DNA of 64,000 bases from Takakia lepidozioides (Eukaryota > Plantae > Bryophyta), in assembly GCA_030704615.1 (NCBI GenBank), contig CM060734.1:56606001-56670000 (forward strand). Reading direction: 5' to 3'. The position numbers and the translations under genes are program-made. Of the stretch, positions 26,801-39,619 are shown piece after piece. The notes beneath the pieces are model-generated. The model was given only the letters and a program-made list of their open reading frames with translations. It was not told the origin of the DNA and did no database searches. The first letter of the stretch is position 1; every line of letters begins with the position of its first letter.

Positions 26801-29167
26801 CACTACAAATATTACACAGAGAAATGTGAACAGCAGATTCAAACAATAACGGGTAACCGTAGTGCCAAACTTATCTACCTATCTATCTGGAAATTCCTTA
26901 TTTGACAAGTGACTTCATGGGCTGCAGTGACTCTTCTACTTTGAAACAAGAAAAGCCGATGTTACAGTAAAAATGATACAAATCCAGTGGCCCATACCTT
27001 GGGGTTCGCCTCAGATTTGATAGTGGGTGCATCAAAGAGCTCAAAGGGGTCGGTGGTGTCCCAGCTCTGGTACTTAGGAGGAAAATCAATACTGTCATGG
27101 AGGCAGCAAACAAAAATCACATGTGCTCTGACTTAAAACATGGTGAGGCATAAATACTGTAAGACTTAAATATCATGCAAATATCAGAATCAAATAGGAG
27201 AAAGGGAGATGGAGATGACCTGTTGCACACTAACAACGATTAGTTGCTATGGTAGAATAGTAGAGCAGCAACCAACGAGTTGTTTGTGTCTGCCTCCCTA
27301 ATCACTTGGTGCATGAAAGGACCCTAAAGTAGACATACACCCTCACTTAGGAGCTCAAAGGTAATGTGACCAATGCTGGCAACCTGGAGAGGGTTACGTC
27401 TGTACAATGAAGGATGGTAACAACCTGAGTGCAGAAGATCCTTTACGAAGTAGTCTACACATTGAGTCATCTCTAATGCTCCTTGGAACTATTATTCTAT
27501 ACAAAGCCATCAGTGTTCAGGTCATGTGATACCCAAGCCCAAAACCTGGGGTGTTCAAGGCATGTGCAAAATGAAGCTCATGACTGCAAGGGTGGCACTC
27601 CAATGGAGGCCACCAGCAGCTCAAACAAAGAGTTTGAATACCCTAAGAATCTGAGAATTGGAGTCTGACAGTTCTCTACTTCCCAAGGTCATTATTACAA
27701 AAGAGATCGCATAAAGAGCTCGTTCCCTTGATAACTCACAGTTTGCAAGCAGCTTGCAATCAAGGTCTGCTTGGAAGAACTGCCATGCAGGGCATTTAGG
27801 GAGGGAATGATCCTGAAGTGAAGGAAAATGGTTTTAAACATAGCTCTGAGGTTTGAAGTCCAGAGAAGCGGTAGGCACCTCAGAACATGCCCAATAACTG
27901 AAGTGACTTTGTAGCGCACAGCAACCCCTCTGAAGGTCCCATCGAACTCATGCACCTCCAAGTATGATCTCCTGGAATTCATCTGTTTCCATCTCCTTGT
28001 CAGGCAGACATTTAATCACACAATGTGAGGGTTGAAATCTGCCGATTTAAGAGCTGGAGTTAAATTTACACTTAGCATCAAATTGAATCAGAGAGTTGTC
28101 TTCAACTTTGATTCATATAGACTTTTGCAAATTCAGCCAAAACAGAAGCCTTCCAAAATAAAATTGATTCCATAGCAATGACATGATTTTAGTAATCACC
28201 CCACATGTCGAGTGTTTGCTCCTATGTGCTCTCTGCAGTGTGTTGTATGGGAGAGATCAACTCTTGTAGCTGTCTTGCTTTTATAATCTACTCTTTGACA
28301 TGGTAATGAACGACCATGCTTGGACGTACATGTAGAGGCTACAAAGTTGAAAGGTTAAGGTCTTTCGAAATCAGGGTTTAGGGGTTAGCTCTTTAGCTCT
28401 TCGTCCAGAGCATGGCAATCTCCCTTCATGTGATTTGACCACATTACTCCGTCATGAAAAAATACTGCAAGACCCTTATCAAGCTTCAAACAAAATGCGA
28501 CAGCCCTTGACTCTAATAATCTCTGCAGATATCACCCCTCATTGCATTTCGGTCACCGCGTCAATAGAGGTGGTCCCAAATGCATTCAACTGCGTGCAAG
28601 AATGGGGAGGATAAAAAGGTTTAGAGGAAAGCTACACGTCCAGCCGAAAGGATCGATGCAATTGATGATCCAATGCTCGGCTTCTCAGCCACCTAGATTC
28701 CAAAAACACACAGAGAATTAGGTGTTTGGTACTCAATCGCGTCCAAGTCACCAACTGACTTGCACGACATTATAAACTGACCAATGTTTATTGCAAACAT
28801 GTCTAGGTTGAAGGTAGTCCGTTCCTCGGAAATCGTACTGCATCTCAGGAGTCAGTAGCAGGTTTTGAAATGTTATGTGGAACTATCGTGTCTCAATCTA
28901 CTTGTCACTCCTCTGTAAGATGCAATCCTTTTCCGAATGCGGAAAGACTAACTTCAACCCATTCTTTTCTCTTTAAACAAACGAAGGGGAGGAAGAACAT
29001 ATTTCTAAGAGAACAAGGGACCTTAAACGAACCACATGTCAGTCACCAATATGAACATTTGAGTAACCTGAGAAGATTAAGTTAGGAGACTATGAAGTTT
29101 CAATTGATGCTGTCCACAGAGTAAGATCTCGTAGAGAAAAAGATACCATTAAGACGGAGGGCGCCAT
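17863..29167 (-). CDS. TOP3B: DNA topoisomerase III beta (type IA), 15 exons
   Basis: Exons 29167-29147, 28692-28636, 27982-27879, 27091-26998, 26569-26470, 24879-24633, 24047-23885, 23549-23430, 23038-22959, 21574-21293, 20804-20636, 20393-20265, 20135-19923, 19604-19425, 18679-18257 and terminal 18090-17863 (16 segments counting the 21-nt first exon). Motifs [34 protein letters not shown] (catalytic Tyr), HGIGTDAS, CxxC ribbons, RGG tail ending DPRMSFRDF. Confidence 0.96.
21797..22713 (-). mobile_element. Three tandem 5'-truncated LINE copies (RTE-X-like, tentative clade) in a TOP3B intron
   Basis: Homologous to 49862-50889; each ends GGCCACAAGGCTACGGCAAACAA..TCTTATGAGTACA; the copies are separated by the 15-mer TAACCATGTCACAGA at 22210, 22639 and 22699. 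Confidence 0.88.
24360..24527 (-). mobile_element. Short 3' LINE fragment, same family
   Basis: Nearly identical to 49862-50030; TSD-like ATTAGAGGGAGAGA (24346) and ATTAGAGAGAGAGA (24528), next to (GA)n. Confidence 0.88.
25062..26172 (-). mobile_element. 1.1-kb LINE copy, same family, with an internal ~146-bp tandem duplication
   Basis: TSD GATCAGCACAGG at 25050-25061 and 26173-26184; ORF remnants [29 protein letters not shown]; ~25160-25300 is repeated at ~25305-25450. Confidence 0.9.
26262..26357 (-). mobile_element. ~95-bp 3' LINE fragment, same family
   Basis: AATGTACTCATAAGACGTTG..GCCTTGTGGCC terminus; the 5' junction abuts (GA)4. Confidence 0.8.
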
Positions 29168-30869
29168 GTCCGCAAGACACACACTTCGACAGAGCTCAGT
29201 GTTCGCACAAACCACATGAAATATATCAGTGAGGATTTCAGAATGCAGTGACGGCGGCCATAGCTTGGAGGACCAGAGAACGAGCTTAGACACAGAGCGA
29301 CTGGTCCTGGGAACAGCCCACACCTGCCTTTGTTGAAGCGTGATTGCCGATGGGTTGAAATAGATCCGGCAGTAAATCAGGACCCAAGGAGATCGGCAGC
29401 GTGCCTTGTCTCAACCTAGGTTCGATTGGGCGAGACAGTTATTGCATAGGAGTAACAGTCATGTCGGCAGAGCTCCGCCCAGTTTGGGTCCTGGAATGGA
29501 GAGGGCGAAGGGGAGAAAGAGCCCCAAAAAACAGCACATGGCGTTGGAGAGGTGGAACAAATTGGAGAAGAGGTTGAGGGAGATCGTGTTGATTGTGGCC
29601 CCAAAAAAGTTGGTTGGGAATCAGGGGAAGAATGAAGACAAGTTCGGTAACCCAAGGCGGGTTCAATCTGGAGAAAAGTCGGTGGAGCTGGAGAGGAAAT
29701 TGGCCGAGAAATATAGGAGGCTTTTGTCAACAAAGTTTGAGGCTGAGATGGCCTCCCACATCACAGAATTGACAGCTCAAGAGTACCTGCATTGCGGGTA
29801 TGGAAATGAGATCGAAAAGTATGATGTTACAAAACCTCCGAGGGCGATATCGGTTACTGGAAGTGGGTCCATCTCAACGCTTTTCATTTTAGATCTGCCT
29901 AACAAGATACCTGAGATCTCTGTCACAGTGTGGAATTGCATCACACATATCTGGATTCTTCTTAGCAATCTGAAACTGGCATTAATTCCAATTTCAAGGC
30001 AAAGCTCTTACCCTTTCTTGTGAATTTCTGTAAGGTCAACAGATGTTGCAGCATTTGCAATCTGAAGATGTACTAACATCATTTCTTGCCATGCAGGTAC
30101 CACAGTTTCGGTCAAGCCAGCGTTTCCAAAGAAAGACTGCTCTAGAGAGGCAGAATGGGATTGGAGCAAGGTTAACAAATACGGCACAAGGTACAAAGGA
30201 GCATACGGTGCCACTACTTTTTGAAACCCAAAGTGCTCCAAAGGGCAAACCCCAAGTAATTTCAAGCAGAGCAGAGTGGCTCAGAGACTCAGACAGGAAG
30301 ATTAAATATATGGCATAATCACATCATGCTGTGGCACCATTCCATCTCTGGTTTGTGCTCCGCTAGTCCAAAGGCTGGTACCAATCAACTGAACTGTTTC
30401 AGATTACCCCAAAAACTACCTCAAGCAACATGGCAAGATAGGTCCAAGCCAAATTTACACTCCAGCTTTTTTCCTGCATTTCAGCAGAAGTGCTTGTACA
30501 GGATTACAATGGCTTTAACTTGTTACCAAATAAATAAACATGGCTACTAGCACAACACCATTTCCCCCCTCCTTTTTGAGATATCAAAGTCCTAAACTCA
30601 TTGTTTGCAAACCATGCAAAACCAGGTTGAATGACAAGGAAGCGAAATAAAGTTGCACTCAAACCTTGGCGAAAGGTGGAGGGCTGGGGTCAGATGATGA
30701 GGTACTCAGTAGACTTTTCTTGCTGCACATTCCCGTCCTTCTCCGGACAGAAAAGTACGAGTGGAGGGAGAGGCATGCAACGAAAGCAAAAGGGCCATTA
30801 ACTTTTCAAGGGCTTGCTGCATCAGACAGACCCCCAGAACTTCAGATCACACAAGGTCCCTGGTCTTTC

Positions 30870-30975
30870 AAAATGCCCAAAAAGAGGTTTGGAGCTACGA
30901 GGATCTGAAAGGGATACCACCTGAGATGTGTCAGCATAAGATTGAACTGGAACCAGGGTCAGTACCAATGGTAGT
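30870..30975 (+). mobile_element. Ty3/gypsy (Tat/Athila-like) pol remnant
   Basis: VWSYEDLKGIPPEMCQHKIELEPGSVP resembles the pre-RT motif FAWSYEDMKGIPPEICQHKIEL. Confidence 0.6.
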
Positions 30976-32804
30976 TTTACTATGTGCTAAGTGAGTGAGA
31001 AAATCACTCCACTGCAGTAGAGAACAGGCCAGGAAGGGAGACAAATGGCCAGACAGAGATGTGCATGTGTGCAAGTGCACAGTAACCCAGTCTCAAAATA
31101 TACCAGCTTCTTGGTCACTTCAAATTACAAGGGCTTCAGAAATAAATTTCTCTCTCGATCTATATGGCTGTAACCTTCAACTGTAAATGGCTGGGAGGCA
31201 CTGCATTGGACATGATGCCACGACTCTTTAGCAAAACAATGGGTACCTAAAACCACATGAACCTGCACGGTCTAGATCTCCTTTTGAAAGTCGGAATCAC
31301 ATAGGGAGCAACCAGACATAGGGAGATAAAACTCGAACATTGTTTAGGGGTCAAAACTATCAGTATCCTCTTGTGAACAAACTACTGAGGAGGCTTCAAT
31401 CCATAGACCCACAAGTGCGGTGTGTGTTAAATGACTGGAAAGATGAGCTTCAGTTAGTAGCTGGTCCCAATACACAAGATATCGGGAAAACCTCAATTTT
31501 CAAATTTCCTCACAAGTTCCTTCCTCATGGGTCCAAAACTAGAAACTTCCACAGAAATGTTGGCCAACTATAACACTGAACACGGCAACCTAGATTCATT
31601 CCAGTGCCAGTACATTTTCAGCAGTCTTGTTTAGCCTGGAGTTCTAAGGGACCAAAGGGCTCTTAAGACACTCGGAAGGTATCACCGCAACAGAAGAATC
31701 CTTTAGTCCTCCCTCGTTGAAAATCTGCGTAATCGGGCCAATCTCTTCACTGACACATGACCTCAGCTCCAAAGGCTCCTGTATTTCAGCCAATATGAAC
31801 TTGGAGCTGAGTGGAGAATGCCCCAGAGAGTATAGAAAACCATGACATGAGAAATGGTAATTGGAGTACACAACAGCCGTATAGACTTGGTGACTGTATC
31901 TCACCAATCCATAGACCAAGAACAATTTAGGGCCAATAATTCAATCATTCCAAAGCTTACAGGAAGTAGTTATTATTGACACTGGTGTAGAGCAGTTCCA
32001 AGATCTTGGTACTTTGACAACAAAGTGGTCTCTAGCTTTTCCTATTGGTAGAAAAATCGAGCACATCCAGTGTTCATTATTATATGTGAACAAAAAGTAC
32101 AACCCAGTGCGTCTGACTCTTTCCCTTGAAGAAGACGGGGGAGCTCACAAATTGGAGGCCTGCCCGTCTGTAGAGTGTTCGTGTACAGAATATCTGCACA
32201 TGCAGGTCAGGGTCTCAACCAAATTGACATATTTCCAATCTGCTCTTCCTATTCCCTCAATCCAATCAAAGTAACACTTTCAATTCATGCACTAATAGAT
32301 GTTGCTCTCGTTCTGTCGAGTTGGGGGGTTTTGACTGTTACCCACTTATATGATTTGGTCATCACTGGCTGTGCATTAGGAGTCTTAAGAAAAGCTGAAC
32401 TGGAGCAGACAGTGGAAACACAATGTTGTTCTACTTGACCTGTGAACACCATATAAATGTGTTTTAAGCTTCCTGTGGACATTATAAAGTTCCATCCCTT
32501 TCCTTTCCTTAGCCTATGGTCTCATCATCCATCCAGATAACAACAGTACCCACCAAGTGAAAGAGATGGCTAAAAGACCCACCTGCAACCTCTCCTTGTT
32601 TTGCTATGGAGATGTATGCGGAGCTGTTGAGACAAGCTGGGTGTGCGAGAACCTCGTTTGCCGCTTCATTGAATATATTCACCAAAGCACTGTAGTTATC
32701 ATCAGCGAGCAACTGCTGCAGCTGGCCTTCCTTGTTTGGGACAACACCTAACTACGGCACCACTTGCATGAAGTGCACTGTTTCAGTCTGCCTCTGCTGC
32801 GTTC

Positions 32805-33308
32805 ACCTTTTGCCTCGATTGTCCCACTCAGAAAAGTATTCATTCCACAGCTTCTCCTCGTCTCTGTTATACTTTCCTGATGTCACATTGACAGTATCAT
32901 GTCAAAGTCACTCCAAATTATCATCAACCAGCTAACTTACAGAATTCAACATGAAAATTTAGGGCCGACTCTGATAAGAGGGGAAAACAGGATGAAATGT
33001 ATTGAAGAAGGTGCCTTCATTAGCAGTGCCTCATTTTATCAATTGTGCCGCTGCTGCTGCGGCTTCCAGTTGATCATCTACCCATGCAGGTTTCTTGTAG
33101 CTATCCTTCCACAGGGAATCATAGGTAATATGGAGCTGACAATGACAGCCTAGAATTGTTCTAGCAAACACCGCAACCCTAATTATCCCACTAGTTCCTA
33201 TGCTGACTTGCGCTTCCAACAGGCATTCACCTTTTTGCGTCGATTGTTCCACCCTTGACTGCGGTAAGAAACATATTCATTCCAGAGCTTCTGCTCGTCT
33301 CTGTTATC
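32805..33308 (-). pseudogene. Decayed OSB-type PDF-motif exons (two tandem motifs)
   Basis: AG|DNRDEQKLWNEYVSYRSQGWNNRRKK|GT; DSLWKDSYKKPAWVDDQLEA followed by a stop; YNRDEEKLWNEYFSEWDNRGK|GT. Inverted homolog of 54.1-54.85 kb, including introns. Confidence 0.7.
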
Positions 33309-35559
33309 TGCTTTTCGGTAATTTCCTGCTGCCACCACATTGTCCTTGACCTTGTGTCATGACCCATGGAGGATTTGGCCGACCATCAACCCAAAAGGAC
33401 CCCTTGTGTGTGCTGCTTGTGTCTACAGTGTCGGATTGGTCTGTGAGAACCACCACGGTACAGCTGAGATCTTCTTCAGTGTTTGCATTGAGCAGCGAGA
33501 CTGTTGAGAGCTTGCAGCTTGCAAGGTGAACGATGGCGGAAAACGCAGAGCTCCTGCAGTTCAAGAACTTCAAGAACCGGGCAGTCCGGGCACGCTCTGG
33601 AAAGACTTGGCGCTCAAGCGGGCAATCCGGGCAGGTCCCGAAAACATTGACGACGAAGACATGCCTACGATGACATGGCTACGATGACGTGGCACTATGG
33701 CACCCCTATCTGCTCTACGCTACACTAGCTTCTGATCTTCGGTCGTCGCTAGAACTAGGGTAGCCTGTGGTGATGTCATCTTAAGGGCGTGAGCGGCAGC
33801 GAGCTCAAGTGACATGGAAGTCCCTGGCTAGGATTATAGCACCTGCATGATAAGGAGAGTAGGCCCATGTCAGCAGAAACAAACCAACGCTACCACATGA
33901 GCGACAGTAGGGCACGGGACAGATCGTTGAGAAGCAAAAATGAATGAACCAGATGAGGGCCACGGCGAGAAAGAGTAGATCGCAACAAAGCAGTTCCCTA
34001 ACATTTCGGATTTCTAAGCAATAGTCCCTGGAAATCCAACTTTCACGGAGAGGCTCCACAATAAGCACCACGTCATATGGCCTTCTCGTTGCCGTTCTTC
34101 CCGTGTGGTAGCTGAGGGTGTCAGTTTACGAGCCATCAACCAATCAGCATGCCTTCAGCAGGTTGCGGGGACTTCCACTGCCGCTCGTGTGGTAAGGCCC
34201 TAATAAGTCCAAGTGCAATGTGTCCAATGACCCCGCAGCTTGGAAATCTCCCGCCATTGTTCCAGGAAAACCCCCTTTGCTATTCTTCACAAATTCCCAG
34301 CGACCAAAAGTACTTGAAATCCCATATCTCCTCCAAGGCAGGTCCAAAAATTGTGAGACCAAGTCTTTGCACCCCTTTTCATGGAGGGCTTTCCAACGAT
34401 ACCAAGCACTCCGCTGTTTGGAAGATCTCAACGTTACAAAACAAAACAAAACAAACACACAAACAAACAACCTTCCAAGACTGCGGCGATGAAGATGGAA
34501 TTGACTGCGCTGTTTACTCCAGCCACCTCTCCTTAATGCAAATGCTGAGCTTGAGGCTGTGGAGAATTGGGAAGTGATCTCTCCCCCCCCCTGTTTATGA
34601 CACGATTGCAGATAGGTTTCTTGTTTGCTCATATACCTAGTCTGCAAGGGCTTTGCCTTAGCTTCATTTCCCGCTCCCTGCATCCGCTGACTGACATCCC
34701 CAACTCCACTTAGTGCTGCTCACTGGGAAGAGTCTCGTTCTGCCTTTTTGGTCTGTCCCCGCTCGCCTTTCGTCTTTGAACTGCAACTAATCTCTTGCTT
34801 CCGTTTGACTGACGGTCCATCCTTGCTCTGTTCTCACCGTGGCTTGGTGGAACTGTTGTGTGGCGCAAGGTTTCCTGGGGGGTTGAATCAAGGCCAAGAT
34901 CTTTCCCTTCTTTTATTAGGAAACATGTGAGAGGAGCAGCAAGCTCGCGGCAGCGAGAGGGGTTCATCGTCGCGCTTGGTAGTTGGGGTGTGGCTGGACG
35001 CTCCGGGGCTTCCACTCTCCTTCCTGGTGGGCTACTTGGGCCGGTCGCGCCGGCGCCGTTGCTCCTCGCGGCACGTGTGGCCTTTGCCCTTGGTGGTGTG
35101 TTGCCTTGTGCCTGTCTGTTTTTTTTCGTTTCTTCCGGGGTGCTTTTTTTTTTTTTTTTTTCAGATTTTTTTTTTGGGAGACTTTTTTTCCCACTTCAAT
35201 CTTTCCTTTCCTGACCTTTTCCTTTATTTTTTTTCTACGTACCACTTCCCCACCCGCTGAAGCTCCGATCGCAACCCCCCCAGCTCCCCATCCTAGCCAG
35301 CTCGCAACTTGTTACTACTCCGGAAACCCATCCAACTCTCCGGTTCGCCCCCCACCTGAAAAATCACCTGGCCATTGGTGGGGTCATCTTCCCCCCCGCC
35401 GCTGTCTGCACCTATCCCCTTCTGTCTCCCTTTCCCACGGAAGAACGAGCCGACCCTCCCATATCCCCCCCGGTTTAATCAAACGCGCACTCACCTCCCC
35501 CCACCCCCACCATACGCTCTGGGGGTCCAACACCCTTCCTGACCGCTATAGGAAACAGA

Positions 35560-36073
35560 CCACTGATCGCCTAGTGTTTCAGTATCTATTGACCTGCTCC
35601 TTCGACCAAATCATAGCACACGCCACAGCGAACCACCCACTCTTTGGCCTCCCTACCCGTAGCCACTACCCAGGCTGTCAAGAGCCTATCGACCAAATGC
35701 GCTGCTAATTTTGACTATACCAAAGATAGTGGAGTATCAAAGCTGGTTGTGCTCATGCTGGAGAATGAGAATGAGAATGAGAATGGACGATTCTTTCATC
35801 ATTGTACCGATCAGAGAGAAGCACATCTCCACATTTTGCTTCATCTGTAATGGAGAAGGACACATGCGTTCCAACTGCCCTAAACGCACCAGGCCAACAG
35901 ACTCCGAGGCCTCCAAGCTTCCTCTTTTTTCAAACACCAAAGCGGGCTCCTCGTTTAATGTTGCTGCGCCAAGTAATACGGTTACAGTCTCCATGGAAAC
36001 GGATGTAGAAAGGTTGCAGCCGGATCACTCCACCAGAAAGAGGAAACGGCGCAAGGGGGAGTCGTCCAAGTGA
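35560..36073 (+). mobile_element. Frameshifted ORF with a CCHC zinc knuckle, probable retroelement ORF1/gag remnant
   Basis: CFICNGEGHMRSNCP; (GAGAAT)4 microsatellite; no pol seen. Confidence 0.4.
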
Positions 36074-37540
36074 GTTCATCCTAACCGCCCCTACGATCAA
36101 CACCCTGTAACAATGAAGGAGAAATGGGCTTCGTTTCCTTTCCCGCAAGAAGAATTACAACTTCTGGATAGCACCAGTCTGGCTATTTCTTTCCTTGAAT
36201 TGCATTCTTTCTCCATGAAGCCCCTTACTGGCTGAGCCCCAGGATCGCCGTATGCAAGAGACAGGGCAACGATTTGTGTAACCCTTCTCATATACACTTT
36301 CTTCGACGACTACACTAACTTCTGCATGTCGGATGATGTGGAAGGATTTCGCTCAGCCTGGGTCTCGGAATCCTCGGCCAAAGAGCTATTGATAACCGGA
36401 AGGTTATTCTTGTTTTTAATTCATTAAATGTTGTAAATTCTCAAATACCTGGAATGCATATCTCAAATTATAGAACCAAACTTCCGGTTATGAAGAAGAT
36501 TAAGACCTCAACCTTTTTGAAACCATATCAAGCTTTACTTACAACTGACATGAGGTAACTGTACAAACTTGGATGGAAAGTTCCCATAGCAAGGGAAGTG
36601 TTAACATGAAGAAATGAAAAAGTCTAAAGCGTAGCAAACCGATCAAACCAAATGATCATCCCATCCAAGTGCCTGAATCACATCAGACAAGAAATGGGTG
36701 TGACATGGGGAAGAGCAGAAAGATGAGACGAAGCCATGCCAGCTACAGTAGCCCTTTCAACTAAGACTCAGACCTTTCAACTTTTTAAAAATTAAAAGTT
36801 AAAAATTAAACACTAGTGTAGTATCTAGTTTGCCATTTTTTTTCTTTGGCTGCATGCGATTAGGGTTTAAATTTTACAACTTGATAGTGATTATCAAATT
36901 TTTTAATGATCTTAGCAAACATTTTAATCTCAGTTTCATTCATTTATACTTTAGTTTCAGACTACCAGAGCGCTTGAAGCTCAAAAGAGTGTTTTTTTTC
37001 AAGGGCCACTGTCCCCTTTAAAAAAAGAAAGAGAGGTTTTTGGAGGGACTTAGTCGGCAGTGCAGTGATGACATCATACATGGGAAAGAGTTGCACGCCA
37101 GAACAATCGCTTGCACGGAATGGGAAAGAGACAGAGTGTGAGTGCATCCTGCTCTAAAACCTCACTATCACCTTTCTCTCTCACCTTCTGTTCCTGTCGA
37201 TTCCGTCACAACATTGGGGTAGCCACAATTGCCAGAAATTGCCACATTTGGTTACACCACAGAGCTGGAATTAACCACTTACTCTCTAGTTTCATGTGCA
37301 TCCGGGGCTACTTGGATCCATACTCTGAATCCCTGCAACCGGATTTTGGTCAGCTATGGAGTTGATGGGTATGATTTTTTTCCCACTACTCTGAAGGCCT
37401 GCCTAATGGGTTGTTATGTTCTTGAGTTTTCTTTTCAAAATTTCATTGCCTCTCAGTTCAGGCCTTTTCGCAGACTGAGACGAAATCTAAGCATGTGGGT
37501 TGGCGATTAGAAGCAGCAGCCTTGGCAGCTTACAGTAAGC

Positions 37541-38084
37541 ATGGCCCGTGGGGGGGACATGCCTGCCTTGCGCGTCTCCACAATGACCTTCATCGCCTCC
37601 TTCCGGGCATGTTCTCAAGGTGTTTTCGGGTGTCCTCACCTGCCTCCCCACGGATATCTTGGTTGGTTGGTTGGACCGGACCCCGCTCTGGATTTTTCAG
37701 ACTGCATTACAATGAGGTTTGCCTCACACAATTTCAAGCCGATTGGCGGACAGCGGAGACCAGTATTGGAAGGTGACGTTTATGGGCATGGGAATGAGCA
37801 AGGAGGCGAGCTGGAGGTGGAGCTCAATGAGCGGCCACTTCTTGCCGCGGTGACATCCAGCAAGCAAATTGCCAATACAGTGAACCTCGTTGGCCCTGTA
37901 AAGCATGGCCTTGAATGTAAATACTTTCATTCGGGGAAAGTGTTGGCAAAATCCAACCTTGCCTTGGCTACAACTGCTTCCAAGACTGCAGTTCCGAGCT
38001 GGTCAGTTATTTCTGTTACTGGTGTAGAGTAGGGCATGATCGTCTTATGTTGGTGCCTCATATCAATGAGATGTTGTCATTCCA

Positions 38085-38118
<34 letters not shown>

Positions 38119-39440
38119 GTGTGTGTGGTGGTCCTTAAAGATGTGTTGACGAAGAGTGCTAGTTTAGTTATAAGGACACGGGTTGAAGAAATTGTTGTTA
38201 CCATAATGCTGTGTGAACTTCCATATCCTGAAAGTCATTTGAGATGTTCTGGTTTGTTAGGTTGATAAAGACCAGGTTAGGGGATGGCAGGTTGGAGTTG
38301 GAGATTTACTATAAGCCGGCTGAGAGCGCATGGAAGAAAGTGGATGCTTTTGTCAACATAACCAACATTCTTCTAAGAAGTGCCAAGGTTTGTACTTCAA
38401 ACATATATGCAGAACCTTTAGCGTCTCTCTGTCTTTCTCTGTACCTGAATTGGTCCTCGGCTAATCATTTTGCCTGACTTTGTCTGTTGGGGTAGATAAG
38501 GGGATGTTTGCAGTGGCTGGTATTGTACTAGATAAAGGCAAAGTAGGACACAAGTATGGAGGGCCTGATGATCCTGATGCATGTTCTAGCGTCATATGGG
38601 GGAGAGGTGGCCTGAGAACAGTGAGCTTTGTAGAACCAGAAAAGTCAGGTTGCTTTGTCTACCCTTTCTGATTGCAAACTGGGTGGGGTCTATGGTGAGA
38701 AGGAAGCGGACTGATGAGTCCTGTCGTCTCTCCCCTTCTCTCCTCCCCAAGGCCTAGAGCAGTTGGTAGGGGAGATGGAGCCCAAGGTTAGTGAGGTCTC
38801 TGAAACAGCAAACAAGCCGGAGTACGGCACACATCTACTCTGAGCTGAACCTTTGATCGGCAAGTAGCAGGCCAAAGTTCCAACATTCTTGCAGTTCTTG
38901 CATACAGGTCAAGCGATGAGCCTAGAACGGCTCTGGCAGGTGCTCTTCTCAGATCCTTCACAGTGGTGGGACAACAGGGTTGATCAGGTGAGATCTTCGT
39001 TTGGGATGTGGAAGAGGTATTGTGACTGAATCTGGCATGATGATGTTCTAGGAGTGGATGGTATCTCCGGTCCCTATAACAATGACAATTTTGCTTCTCG
39101 ACATGAAAAAGCACCAAAAGTGGTCCTTACTGTTTCCATCAGCAGGCTGTTCAAAGTAGTCGGTCAAGGTTGTTCTGTATGATTTGAAAGATGTGTAGAG
39201 CTCTGGTGGCTGTAGCCTGGTCCGCTGTGCATGAACATTGCTGCTCAGGTGGTTTTCACAGAAAAGCCTCAAATTAGCATACTTCCGAACAAAGTGCACT
39301 AGTGAGGCCCTTGAGACTGAGGGTTTGAACCCTGCTTTGGTGAAGACCAGGGTAGCTGCCATGATACAAGGTCGAGCACAGTCTGGTGATGGCTGTAAAG
39401 TCGCTGTACACCATGGAGCTCCAGGCAGAGAAAACTACAG
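37541..39440 (+). CDS. OSB-like (organellar ssDNA-binding) exons: transit-peptide-like N-terminus, SSB/OB fold, degenerate PDF motif
   Basis: Exons 37541-38001 (IANTVNLVGPVKHGLECKYFHSGKVLAKSNLALATT..SW), 38291-38387 (WLELEIYYKPAESA), ~38500/38608-38648 (RTVSFVE), optional 38752-38786, 38908-38987 (LERLWQVLFSDPSQWWDNRVDQ) and 39262-39440 (KSLKLAYFRTKCTSEALETEGLNPALVKTRV). The acceptor of exon 3 is ambiguous. Confidence 0.75.
38085..38117 (+). repeat. G33 homopolymer in an intron
   Basis: 33 consecutive G followed by (TG)n. Confidence 0.9.
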
Positions 39441-39619
39441 GTACTGTGTTGGTGATGATTGAGGTTCCAGAGAAGATAGATCTTTCCAGTTTATTCCTAA
39501 GGATGAATGGAGGCAATTTAGACACCCTGTTTATATGTAGCAAGGAGCCTGGCCTTGAAGAGATCTCTCGTGAAGTATCTAGGAGCTTTAAATCTAATAA
39601 GTAAGTTTGAGTTATGCAG

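Noticed and set aside
29406-30023. 205-aa ORF divergent from TOP3B
   Set aside because: Non-ATG start and no recognisable domain; lies near a gypsy remnant. Could not be supported as a gene.
34710-35260. Lys-rich and Phe-rich ORFs on both strands
   Set aside because: Translation of poly-T/poly-A low-complexity sequence; no domain.
38711-38730. CTGATGAGTC as a hammerhead ribozyme core
   Set aside because: No matching stem II or GAAA strand; it lies just before a polypyrimidine tract in an intron.
38752-38790. PRAV..EMEPKV resemblance to delta-tubulin
   Set aside because: Needs a frameshift, no other tubulin motifs are present, and the flanking exons are OSB-like.
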